DNA of 64,000 bases from a virus (lineage: Duplodnaviria; Caudoviricetes), in IMG/VR virus record IMGVR_UViG_2563366756_000009, positions 23,904-87,903 of that record; one strand, given 5' to 3'. The translations under genes and the position numbers were made by a program. The notes under the pieces were generated by a model. The model made no database searches. It was not told the DNA's origin and saw only the letters and a program-made list of their open reading frames with translations. Positions 25,402 to 34,591 of the stretch are shown piece by piece. How positions within the stretch are numbered: position 1 is the first letter of the stretch; each line of letters opens with the position of its first letter.

Positions 25402-25535
25402 TTACAAATCTGCGGGTCGTTCAAGTACTCCCGCCAATGCACCCATCGCGTTGGCGTGTGAAACCCCCAGTTGCGCTGCCACGGCCCCAGGATGAAAGGG
25501 GGGGCGCGTAGACAGATCGACCAGCACGATGGCGG

Positions 25536-27137
25536 TTACGCCGCTTGTTTTTGCAGTGCCGATTGAATGTGGTCAATCAAAGCCGCACAAATCACCTCAA
25601 AGTCGCCTTCGTGGTACAGCTTCGCGGCCTTGTCGGTCGCGGCGTGAGTGATGCCAAGGCTGGCAAGACCGTCGGCGGTCAGGCTAATCGGCGAGAGGCG
25701 CTCATTGATCTGCCCGAGGCGAAGCGTGGGTGCGCCCTTTGAGGCAGCGCGCACAGTCGTATTCCAAGGCGGCGCATCCGGTTTCTGTTGGGTCGGCCCG
25801 GAAGGGCTGACTGCCGCAGTAGGTATTGCCGGAGCGCCCGGCGTGACCTTCTGCGCTTCCGCTCGCTTGTGCTGCTCGATCCGCGTCGTGACGGCCAACT
25901 GAAAATCCTCGGCCGGTTTCTGGATTAAGGATTGCAGGTCACGGAACAGGAACACGTGGCTTTCGTGCTGGGCGAACCAAGCCAACTTCTCGCGCAAATC
26001 CCGCGCGGCGGCGTCAGCGGCGATCTTGCCCGCGGCGACGGCCGTGTCGACGGCGTCGTGGAGGCTCGCGAGCGTGCGCTTGTTCTTTGCCGCTGCCACG
26101 AGGTCCGGTGCGGGGATCACGATTTGGACCGGCTTCAGTTCGGCGTTCAGCGCGGCCACGTGATCCGTGTAGGCCTTGCGTCCGCCGACAATGATTTCGC
26201 CCTTGATCTCTTCTTTGCGCTTCGTGACGAGTTTGTCGAGGCCCAGCCGCTTTTCGCGGAGTTGGGACTTGATGTAGTCGACCGTGCGCATCAGCTCGTC
26301 GATGCTGGCCGTCTGAGCGAGTGCTGCGTTCTTCGCGACTTCGAGTTCCTTTTCGGCGGTTTCGCAGAACTTGACCGTCGCTTCGGCGTTCGCGAAGTCT
26401 TCGTCGCTCTTCAGGTCGGTCTTGATGCCCTCGATGAAGCGCTCAGCAGCCGCTCGGAACGTCGGCAGGTTGCTCGCAAGCACCTCGCCGCAGATCTGCA
26501 CGGCGAGCGCCGGCAACGCCATGATTGCGTCGGCCTGCGGCTTCTCGACAATCTCGACCGGCGCGTAGCTCACTAGGTCGCTCGCGAACTGTTCCCAGCC
26601 GGCCTGCAGTCGCTCGAACCATTGCGCATCAGGTTCGATCTCGATGCGCTCCATGTTGTCGGGCGTGCCGTCCGAGACAACGAAAATCACCTTCTTTGCA
26701 CCCGTCACTAGCATGACCTGCTGGCATTGCGGCCAGTACTCTTCGGGCAACTCGCCAGCGCGCACAGCTTCAGCCAGTCCCGCGTTCCATTGCTTGTGCT
26801 CGAACGCGATGTCTTCGGCCATCGTCAGACCATCGCACGAAGCGGACAGGCGCCCCAGTGAACAGGTAACCGGGTACAGATCGTCTCCGATGATGCCCTC
26901 GACGATCGGGCGTGCCAGCGCTTCAACCTCGTGGCCGTAATCCAGAATGTTCTTCTGAACCCAGTCCGAGAACTCGCGCGGCGTGCCGACATACTTCATG
27001 TGCAGTAACTCGTTGCGCTTTACCTTGGACGAGAGGCCAAGCATTGCGGCGGCTTCGCTTGCGCCGAAGTGCTCCAGGCGGAACTGCGCCCATTCGTCAG
27101 ATCCCTGCACCAAGTTGTGAATGATGCGTTCAGTCAT
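25536..27137 (-). CDS. YqaJ-like viral recombinase/exonuclease with helical C-terminal domain
   Basis: LVQGSDEW, FGASEAAAMLGLS, GHEVE, LSASCDGLT, FEHK, YWPQCQQ. Confidence 0.9.
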   Translation of the reverse strand: MTERIIHNLVQGSDEWAQFRLEHFGASEAAAMLGLSSKVKRNELLHMKYVGTPREFSDWVQKNILDYGHEVEALARPIVEGIIGDDLYPVTCSLGRLSASCDGLTMAEDIAFEHKQWNAGLAEAVRAGELPEEYWPQCQQVMLVTGAKKVIFVVSDGTPDNMERIEIEPDAQWFERLQAGWEQFASDLVSYAPVEIVEKPQADAIMALPALAVQICGEVLASNLPTFRAAAERFIEGIKTDLKSDEDFANAEATVKFCETAEKELEVAKNAALAQTASIDELMRTVDYIKSQLREKRLGLDKLVTKRKEEIKGEIIVGGRKAYTDHVAALNAELKPVQIVIPAPDLVAAAKNKRTLASLHDAVDTAVAAGKIAADAAARDLREKLAWFAQHESHVFLFRDLQSLIQKPAEDFQLAVTTRIEQHKRAEAQKVTPGAPAIPTAAVSPSGPTQQKPDAPPWNTTVRAASKGAPTLRLGQINERLSPISLTADGLASLGITHAATDKAAKLYHEGDFEVICAALIDHIQSALQKQAA

Positions 27138-28194
27138 TTTCGTGGCTCCATGCGTCGATCGTCAGCTTCTGGTCTTCGGTGAGGCGTAGCCGCGTCTCGA
27201 TCATCGCGATCAGGTCAGCGGGAGTTTTGGCCTTCTCGATGATTTGCTTCCGCCACCCGTCCTTCTTTTTTGCGAAATCCTCGGCCGTGCAGGTGGGGAT
27301 AGTCTTGGTTTCGCTCTGCGTCGCCGCGCCGGCTGCATCGCCGCCTTGCTGCTCGGCGCGGTTTTCCATCACCGACTTCCAAGTGGCTTCGCCATCCTTG
27401 ATGGCGCCATAGATGCCGCGCAGATCGACCAGTTCAGTAGGCGAGCAGGTGTCGAGTGAATGGCCGAGGTACTTCGTCAATTCCTCGACTTTCACGCCGA
27501 TTTCGTGGAACGCGTCAGCGATCCGCTTACGCTCTGCTGCTGGGTCACGCGCGGCCTCATCCATACGAACAGATTTGATGATTCCCTCGGCTTCGTCCTG
27601 CAAATCGCCGGGGATAATGCGCAGGCCCAGCGTCCGTATCGCTTTCGAGATCAGTGCCGCCCGCTTGTTGAGCAGGTCGTCATCGTTGGCCGTTACCGTG
27701 TACGTCATCTTCCCGTAGCTGTTCTTGCGAACCGAGATATACGTACCGTCGTCCATCGGCTTCGAGCGCTCGACCGTCTTCGAGACCCGCACGTCGAGCG
27801 GATACGTGAGGTTCGATTCGAGGTCGGTCACGCTGACGCGGTGCACTTCTTTGGCGTCGTCCTCGAAGATCATCGTCGTCTCGACAAGGACGTTCGACAT
27901 ACAGCGCAGCGCGACTTCGACGAAGCGAATGCCGAGCCCCTCGACACCGTTGCCGATAGGCTTTCGGTAGTAGGCGCTCTTGTTTTTGGCGAACGTGGGT
28001 CGGCGGCACTCGTTGATGAGATCCTGGCGAACTCGATCCCAGTTGCGGGGCCGCTGCATCGCCATGATGTAGCGAGCCTCAACCATCGCTTTGGACTGGG
28101 CGGCGACTGCTGTCGATGCGGTCTCGACGACGGCCATCGTTTGGTGCTGTGCGCCGAATTCGTTGCGTGTGGTCAGTGCGTTGGTCATGGTCAC
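27130..28194 (-). CDS. Putative recombination partner / single-strand annealing protein
   Basis: Coupled to YqaJ exonuclease; AYYRKPIGNGVEGLGIRFVE; family uncertain. Confidence 0.55.
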   Translation of the reverse strand: MTMTNALTTRNEFGAQHQTMAVVETASTAVAAQSKAMVEARYIMAMQRPRNWDRVRQDLINECRRPTFAKNKSAYYRKPIGNGVEGLGIRFVEVALRCMSNVLVETTMIFEDDAKEVHRVSVTDLESNLTYPLDVRVSKTVERSKPMDDGTYISVRKNSYGKMTYTVTANDDDLLNKRAALISKAIRTLGLRIIPGDLQDEAEGIIKSVRMDEAARDPAAERKRIADAFHEIGVKVEELTKYLGHSLDTCSPTELVDLRGIYGAIKDGEATWKSVMENRAEQQGGDAAGAATQSETKTIPTCTAEDFAKKKDGWRKQIIEKAKTPADLIAMIETRLRLTEDQKLTIDAWSHEND

Positions 28195-28490
28195 TCCTGC
28201 GGGACGGCCGGCGCCGGTTCGATCTTCATGTAGGGATACTTCTCGGCGAACGGCTTGATGGCCTTGTAGAAGTGCGAGCCGATAGACTCGGCGGTATCGA
28301 ACGCGATGAAGTCAGTGGCCGACACGTTCGAGTAGTGATAGAGCGAAGAGGGCGCGCCATCCTTCGTCTTGAAGCGAACTGCCAACGTGTTCGACGCCGG
28401 GTCGTGGCCGATGCTGTGGATCTGCGACGACTGGACTTCCTTCATCTCGATTTGCACGGCGCTTGCGTGCTGGGCTTGGTTCTCGATCAT
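28191..28490 (-). CDS. KTSC-domain protein
   Basis: VQSSQIHSIGHDPASNTLAVRFK..YHYSNV..AESIGSHF. Confidence 0.85.
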   Translation of the reverse strand: MIENQAQHASAVQIEMKEVQSSQIHSIGHDPASNTLAVRFKTKDGAPSSLYHYSNVSATDFIAFDTAESIGSHFYKAIKPFAEKYPYMKIEPAPAVPQE

Positions 28491-28606
28491 GGTGTTCTCA
28501 GGGGATACGGACGAAAACAAGGTCGGTGCCTGTCCAAACACCGCGAAGAACCCAGCCCTTCGCGCGCATCTCGATCAGGAAGTCGTACATAAGCGGGTCT
28601 GACATT

Positions 28607-28750
28607 TCAGTTCTCCCAGGTGGTCAGGCAGTACGTCGTGTCGTGCGCGACGCGGCAGGCATGCCAACTCGTGACTTCGCGCCACGCCATGAAGGCGAGG
28701 GCGGCAACAATCAGCACGACGGTGAGCGCCAAGCGGGCGGGGGTGTTCAT
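28607..28750 (-). CDS. Small membrane protein
   Basis: MNTPARLALTVVLIVAALAFMAW, single TM. Confidence 0.5.
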   Translation of the reverse strand: MNTPARLALTVVLIVAALAFMAWREVTSWHACRVAHDTTYCLTTWEN

Positions 28751-28893
28751 TACGCGGCACGCCCGTAGACGGGTATTTCGCTGGCGTCGGCGTCGACGCA
28801 GTATTTCGCGCCACCGACGAGTAGAAAGAAGACGATCAGGATGAAGAGGACGCGGCCGCAGAATGCGCCGAAGTCGCGGGCGAGGCGGATCAT
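28750..28893 (-). CDS. Small membrane protein (not in ORF track)
   Basis: MIRLARDFGAFCGRVLFILIVFFLLVGG, coupled at both ends. Confidence 0.5.
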   Translation of the reverse strand: MIRLARDFGAFCGRVLFILIVFFLLVGGAKYCVDADASEIPVYGRAA

Positions 28894-29150
28894 GTTTCAC
28901 CTCGCGCGCGAATCATGGCGTCGGCCATCTTGTAAGCGTCTTCCGCGATCTGTTCGCACGAGGACGTCCAGTCTTTGTTCGGCTCGGGGTTTTGATCCCC
29001 CTTGCGCCACTCGTCCCAACCCTTGATGGCTTCCGGCAAAGCCTTCGCCGCGAAGTAGTCGCGCACGGTCATGCCGAACGCTGTGCCGTGGCCGCCGTAC
29101 TCGCTCGCTGCGACCGGAAACGCTGCACCGCCGTTCTTGATATCGCTCAT
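28890..29150 (-). CDS. Conserved phage early protein
   Basis: NGGAAFP..GMTVRDYFAAKAL..AYKMADAMIRAR. Confidence 0.8.
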   Translation of the reverse strand: MSDIKNGGAAFPVAASEYGGHGTAFGMTVRDYFAAKALPEAIKGWDEWRKGDQNPEPNKDWTSSCEQIAEDAYKMADAMIRARGET

Positions 29151-29422
29151 ACACGCACCTCGCCCTCGGCAAAGACGTTGATCTCAACCTCGAACGCGAC
29201 CTGCAGGATTTCGCCGGCGCGCTTCGTGTCCTGCTTGATGAGCGCATCCTGCAATGCGCAGTAGCCGTCGTAATCGGTGTCGATCAGGCGCTGCACCGCG
29301 TTCTGGACGTCGGCTGATTCGGCGGCACGCTCGCGGGCCGCACGCTTCAACTCGTCGAGCGTTTGCTGACGAACGTGTGCGCCGGTGTCTCGCGACACCG
29401 CGCATTCGAGTTGTGTGTACAT
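29147..29422 (-). CDS. Phage early hypothetical protein
   Basis: MYTQLEC start; GTGA coupling. Confidence 0.55.
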   Translation of the reverse strand: MYTQLECAVSRDTGAHVRQQTLDELKRAARERAAESADVQNAVQRLIDTDYDGYCALQDALIKQDTKRAGEILQVAFEVEINVFAEGEVRV

Positions 29423-29622
29423 GGGGATTCCTTCTGACGTGCGGGGGGCGCCCCGGCAGAACACCGGGGCGATGCGGCTTTAACCATGTCCGCCATGGGC
29501 CTCTGAGCGTTCAGGCTTGCTTCAAACTAGAAAGGGAGGGAAGTCTGATATGCTGTTTTCGGCTTGGCTGCAGTGCCCGGCTGACCCGAAACGACCCCCG
29601 AATATTCCATCTGAGGAAGCCA

Positions 29623-30306
29623 ATGAAGAAGCTTCTCGTAATTTTCGTCGCCGCGTTGTCGGGCGCAGCAAGCGCCCAGGGAAATAACTGCGATTGCCAA
29701 CAAATTGTCGGATCGTGCACCGCTTCCATCAGCGTGGTTCCGACTCAAGTAACCAAGGGCAGCTACGGCGCGGACTTGAAGATCACGTCGACTGCACCTC
29801 AGTGCTCAAAGGTTGACTACTACGTTGACGGAACGCCGTACTTCACTGTACTAAGCCAGGGTAATCAGGGCGAAGACCGTGTGTTTGGCCAGAAGCCAAT
29901 CTCACGGTCAAATATCTCCGGGGTCGCGTGCCACGTCTGCAAAGTTCAATCTTCGGCAAGTGGTTCTACCGCTAACCAGCAGGGCGGCGCGGGCTCAGGC
30001 GCAAGTGGGTCGCCGAAGGACCGTGCACAGGCGTTCCTGCAGGGAACGTGGTGCTCGGATACGGGAAGTGTCCATACCGTCATCAAAGTCGCCGGCAGTA
30101 ACGTAACTTTCGCGGCGAGCTACGAAGGCGGGCCCCCAAGCTACAATTCCGGCGCATTGGTTTTGCTCGATAAGGACGAGTTTGAATTCCGCAGAGGTAA
30201 CGGTACCGATCTGTTTCGTATCGAAGGTCAGGGGTTCCGATGGACTGGGCGTAATGGGGGAGCATCACCTTATCCCGACAATTTGGCATATCGGTGCGCT
30301 GGATAA
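29623..30306 (+). CDS. Secreted Cys-containing accessory protein
   Basis: GAGGA RBS, signal peptide MKKLLVIFVAALSGAASA, two domains joined by Gly/Ser linker. Confidence 0.8.
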   Translation: MKKLLVIFVAALSGAASAQGNNCDCQQIVGSCTASISVVPTQVTKGSYGADLKITSTAPQCSKVDYYVDGTPYFTVLSQGNQGEDRVFGQKPISRSNISGVACHVCKVQSSASGSTANQQGGAGSGASGSPKDRAQAFLQGTWCSDTGSVHTVIKVAGSNVTFAASYEGGPPSYNSGALVLLDKDEFEFRRGNGTDLFRIEGQGFRWTGRNGGASPYPDNLAYRCAG

Positions 30307-30571
30307 TCAGCGCTCACCCTCAAGAGAGCAGACCCGAGATCCTGATCAGATCGGGGAAGGGGGATACGGGCTATTTAACGTCGCCGCGCCGACGCGGGTC
30401 TGCATCACTTGAGGATGCTCAGGAGTTTTTCATCATCAATATGGATGATTCAGTGCGAATTTCGCTGGAATAGCATTGTGGTGCGGCGCATCACTTAGGG
30501 TTTGCCTCGCTCTATGCCCAAAGGTCTCGTCCGCGTGAAGAAGATGAGAAATGTGCTTTTCAGGGGACTTC

Positions 30572-31231
30572 ATGAAATCCAAACTCTTTTTATTCGCTAC
30601 CGCTTTTCTCGCACTGCTGGCAGGTAGTCAGGCTGCAAATGCAGCAGAGCCGTGTTGGGATGAAATGGTGGCGGCTAACCGCGCGAATGGCCCCGGAGGA
30701 CGAGCCGGTGCTGATGCGCAATGGGATAGCCTCTCAGACGAGCAGCTTAGAGCGGACTTGAACGATTACAAGGGCTTCCGACAGTCTTTTCGTGCACAAG
30801 GTCTTCAGGGGACGCCTGACTACAAATGGGTTGAGTGCACAATAAAAGCAATGGAATCTCGCTTGAAGCCAAACAGTAACGAGGCCAGCGCCAAGGTGTC
30901 GGAGGGGAGCAAGTCGCTGTACGACAAGCAAGTCAGCAAGTACCGAGACGGCACTCAATGCCTGAAGCTGATCCAAAGTCACGACAGCCTGAACAACATG
31001 TTCTGGTACAACGGTTGCAAGTTCCTCATCTCTGTTAGCTGGATCGACTATGGAGAGAAGAACGGCGCTGGCTTAAGCGCGGCGGGTCCCATTTCCCCGG
31101 GGAAAAAGGAGGTCATCACTCCCGTGAAAGGGCGCTATACGGCAGCCGCTTGCGAATATCCCGGAACGGTACGAGCACCAAACGGTGAGCGTTGGAACCC
31201 TCAATCAATGGATCGGCACAGCTGCCGCTAG
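30572..31231 (+). CDS. Secreted Cys-containing accessory protein
   Basis: Signal peptide MKSKLFLFATAFLALLAGSQAANA; six Cys in mature part. Confidence 0.8.
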   Translation: MKSKLFLFATAFLALLAGSQAANAAEPCWDEMVAANRANGPGGRAGADAQWDSLSDEQLRADLNDYKGFRQSFRAQGLQGTPDYKWVECTIKAMESRLKPNSNEASAKVSEGSKSLYDKQVSKYRDGTQCLKLIQSHDSLNNMFWYNGCKFLISVSWIDYGEKNGAGLSAAGPISPGKKEVITPVKGRYTAAACEYPGTVRAPNGERWNPQSMDRHSCR

Positions 31232-31290
31232 CGCAAAATCTTCTAGGGGCAAAACTTTTCCGGGGGGGGGGCGCCTTCCCCGGGGAGGTG

Positions 31291-31566
31291 TTAGGCGTTT
31301 CGCATAGCCTGGCGGGCAGCGCGATAGGCGCGCAGCCACGCTGCTCGGGGCGTTTTCGTTGTGCCGCTGCCGCGATAGCCGTTGCGGATGGCTCGATAGA
31401 TCGCGGGGGCCACGTACAAGCACGCGCAGTCAGACTCACGGACGGCAGTTTCCTCGCGGATCATCCAAGCGGCGTCGTTGCTCTTCGTGACAACGTGGTG
31501 TGCCTCGACGGCTGCATATCCGAAGGCGCGCAGCTTCGTATAGCTGTTGCGGTGAGATTTGGTCAC
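31291..31566 (-). CDS. Phage early hypothetical protein
   Basis: 91 aa ORF near start of early-left operon. Confidence 0.5.
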   Translation of the reverse strand: MTKSHRNSYTKLRAFGYAAVEAHHVVTKSNDAAWMIREETAVRESDCACLYVAPAIYRAIRNGYRGSGTTKTPRAAWLRAYRAARQAMRNA

Positions 31567-31914
31567 TTCGATATCTCCTGCATCGTGTATATGGCGCGGC
31601 TCTCGGAAGAAAGCCGCTTCATGTACAGCTCACGCAGTGCCCCGGCTACACCCGGCCAAGCCGGCTCCGGGGTCTCCTGCGTTTTGTGCCGATTACCTCG
31701 CCATCGACACGATGTGTGGGCGCCGCGATGAACTGCGGAAGCCAGTCGGGCCAGCCGACCAACCATTTCCGCGTTTCCAACCGACTCATCCACGCGTGTG
31801 GGAGATGTGTGCGCATGGCGGCGCTATGGCCGCGTGACACCTTTTATCCGTCGAATTTTTAGAGAGCACCCGAGAGGTCGGGCGGGCAGCGATGTGTGCT
31901 GCGTTGGAGTGAAT

Positions 31915-31954
31915 AATAGAACTGCTATTAAATATGCACAATAGTAATTCTAGT
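31915..31954. promoter_or_regulatory. Left operator sites (OL): 31915-31929 and 31940-31954
   Basis: AATAGAACTGCTATT and AATAGTAATTCTAGT, 25-bp spacing, same consensus as cI/cro sites. Confidence 0.7.
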
Positions 31955-32017
31955 ATTTAAGGAGAAATAATAGCTATCGACATTCTTGTATTGATAGGAA
32001 TTGTCGGGCGTGGACGC

Positions 32018-32073
32018 AAAAATGCCCGCTCGCGGCGGGCAGCAGGCAACAAAAAACCCGCCGAAGCGGGTTT
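32018..32073 (-). terminator. Tandem terminators ending the cI-lipoprotein transcript
   Basis: A5-TGCCCGC..GCGGGC and A6-CCCGC-CGAA-GCGGG hairpins. Confidence 0.7.
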
Positions 32074-32309
32074 GTATGGTGGCACTTGTCTGAGAGATTA
32101 AAACCAGTGGAATCCTTTGGCCATCATCCCGGCTAGCCCTATGGCGACGGCAATAATGGCGCCAAAGGTCAGACGAAAATCTGTGGTGCGAATGCCGGAA
32201 ATATCGTTGCTGCGAATCGGCGCTGGTGAAATCTCAACGATCTCAACGCGTCACGGGCTTTGCCACCTACGAGAACGTCCAGATGCTCATTGTCGGTGCG
32301 TCTCGTCCG

Positions 32310-32978
32310 TTACCTCCTGATGACGCACGTTAGACCGTGCGACGCGAGGAAATCATTTCGTTGCAGCACGCTCGACGAAAAGAACGGGCTCCGGGCCTCG
32401 ATCTTGTCCCCGCGTCGCTCAAACAGGATTTGCATTTCGAGATCTTTCCCGGTTTCCTGTCGTCGCAGCACCGGGAAATATTGCATAGATATGAATGACG
32501 TGCCTGTCTTCAAATCTCGATCAACCTGGGCAAAATCAGTCGTTGAAAATCCGCGGCTGCAATTTTTGATGAAGTCGAAGAGAGATTGACCATCTGCCAG
32601 GCGGATCTGTTTGGCAAAGTACAGGGCACGGTGAAAGTCCTGGTGCATCCACCGTGCAGTCTCGGGGTCGGCATCCAGCTCGCGCGGGATGCGGTACCGG
32701 ATGCTACTGATGTCTGGGTATTCTTTGAGAATTTGACGGTCGAACTTGTCGAAGGTTAGGCACTCTTTATCGTCATAACAACCAACATCACTTAGAAGCT
32801 TCTTTTCTGCCGGCGACTGTGGAAGTTCGATTGATGCAGCCGGCAATTTACGCTCACTGGACTGCATCGCCGCAGAAGCTGGAGCATCCGTCTTGCGTTG
32901 CTCATCGGAATCATTGTCGCAGGCCGACAAAACCGAAATCACTGCTGCGGCCCAAGCTGCCATTAGGATTTTGCTCAC
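32310..32978 (-). CDS. Lipoprotein in immunity region
   Basis: MSKILMAAWAAAVISVLSAC lipobox. Confidence 0.75.
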   Translation of the reverse strand: MSKILMAAWAAAVISVLSACDNDSDEQRKTDAPASAAMQSSERKLPAASIELPQSPAEKKLLSDVGCYDDKECLTFDKFDRQILKEYPDISSIRYRIPRELDADPETARWMHQDFHRALYFAKQIRLADGQSLFDFIKNCSRGFSTTDFAQVDRDLKTGTSFISMQYFPVLRRQETGKDLEMQILFERRGDKIEARSPFFSSSVLQRNDFLASHGLTCVIRR

Positions 32979-33124
32979 TCAAGATCCCCGAATTTTGGTG
33001 GCTATTTGCTGTTTCTTATAGCTGCTTGGTGCCGGTTCAGATTGGCGCAATGACGCACTACCGCAGCATGTTCTCTCTACGTTCGATGCATACACCGATT
33101 ACGTGAAGGTGATTGCGCTCGTTT

Positions 33125-33595
33125 CTAGCTCTTTGGCTTCTGATAGACCTCAAGTTCACCGTTCATGGCATCTTGAAGAATGGCCCAAATGAGGGAGCCT
33201 TCGGCTGCGGCCACCGTATCTGTCCGAGCTTTATATCCATCGAGGTACGTCTCTGATTTCACGAACTTGCAGGGGGATTCGCAGGACACCTTGTTGGTCA
33301 CACCATTGTCGATGAGATCTACACGGTATTTTTTCCCGGTCTTGCCCTGATATCGCACCATCAGCAACGCCTTCGTTGCGGTCCCGGCTTTTCGGTCATC
33401 ATCGCTTAGTGCTGGTTGATAACCATATTCGCCATCTTGAGCGATGGAGTAGTAGTGAGTTGGCTGAGGCGGTGTTGGGGGCGCTGGCACTTCTGTCGGC
33501 CGGGATGCGCTCTTCGGCTTCTCCTCTGAATCGCCACATCCGGTCAGCAACGCCGCCATGGCGAAGGCCGCGATAATTCCCGATTTGGTCATCAT
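33125..33595 (-). CDS. Lipoprotein in immunity region
   Basis: MMTKSGIIAAFAMAALLTGC lipobox, Pro-rich linker. Confidence 0.78.
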   Translation of the reverse strand: MMTKSGIIAAFAMAALLTGCGDSEEKPKSASRPTEVPAPPTPPQPTHYYSIAQDGEYGYQPALSDDDRKAGTATKALLMVRYQGKTGKKYRVDLIDNGVTNKVSCESPCKFVKSETYLDGYKARTDTVAAAEGSLIWAILQDAMNGELEVYQKPKS

Positions 33596-33673
33596 ATTTT
33601 TCTCGTTTTCACTGGTGAAAGTTGGTTTTTCCGGCGCCTGAAGCGCAACGTCCAACAAATATGTCCCTTGGGG

Positions 33674-34510
33674 TCAAAGCTTGGTCCCGCGCCACGCATA
33701 GACCACTCTGCCAAGGATCTTGAATTTCTCGCGCTCGCCATTCTGGATCAGGTACGGCTCGTACTTCTTGTTGTCTGAGATCATGAGAATTGATCCGTCC
33801 GGACGACGCTGCAGCCGTTTCACGTACAACTCATCGCGCAGAGCAAGAACATAAATCGCATCAACTTTCACGTCGACCACGCCACGGTCAACCCATAGCA
33901 AGTCACCGTCGTTGAAGGTACCTTCCATCGAGTCTCCGAACGCTGGCAAAAGCGCAAGATTCCTTGGGCTGGACACATTTGGCAGGGTGTCCCGGACCCA
34001 TGTCCGGGTGACTCTGATCTGTTCCACGACATTGTCATAGTCGGGCATCGGGAAGCCATTCCCCATGGACGCGCGTACGTCGAAGCGCGGGATCTCAATC
34101 TCGTCCGCCAAAGCCTTTGCAAAATCGAATCTGGTCAGATGGGCCGCGGCGCTGGTCGGATCGTCAAAGTCAGCATCCGTCAACTCGCTCACATCAGGGA
34201 GAACGTCAGAGGGGGGCGGACCTTCATAGTTACGCAGTGCAGGCGAAATATGTAACGCAACGCTCATGGCCTGTTTGGCGAGCGTCGGGCTGAAATCGGC
34301 AATAGAAACGCCTAGACCGCGCGCGAAGCCGGCGGCGGCCTTCGCATTCAGCGGGCTTCGCGCATTGAGGTACTGCCAAACCATCCCCTGCGAGCCGATC
34401 TCGAACTTCGCGCCGAACGCCTCTTGCGATAGATCGGATTTGACTTTGAATAGGGCCTTCAGACGCGCCGCGTCTTCGATCTGCCAGGGAAGAAGGGTTG
34501 TTTTTGCCAT
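33674..34510 (-). CDS. cI: CI-like repressor with S24 autopeptidase
   Basis: N-terminal HTH (LSQEAFG..SQGMVWQYLN), GDSMEGT Ser and YVKRL Lys. Confidence 0.93.
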   Translation of the reverse strand: MAKTTLLPWQIEDAARLKALFKVKSDLSQEAFGAKFEIGSQGMVWQYLNARSPLNAKAAAGFARGLGVSIADFSPTLAKQAMSVALHISPALRNYEGPPPSDVLPDVSELTDADFDDPTSAAAHLTRFDFAKALADEIEIPRFDVRASMGNGFPMPDYDNVVEQIRVTRTWVRDTLPNVSSPRNLALLPAFGDSMEGTFNDGDLLWVDRGVVDVKVDAIYVLALRDELYVKRLQRRPDGSILMISDNKKYEPYLIQNGEREKFKILGRVVYAWRGTKL

Positions 34511-34518
34511 AGGGCGAA

Positions 34519-34583
34519 TATAGCGATTCTATTAATGAGTTCAACAAGGATTCCTATTGACCAAAACAAATAGTGATACTAGT
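34519..34583. promoter_or_regulatory. Right operator sites (OR): 34519, 34544, 34569
   Basis: Three 15-mers near AATAG-N5-CTATT with exact 25-bp period between divergent cI and cro. Confidence 0.75.
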
Positions 34584-34591
34584 ATTTGGGC

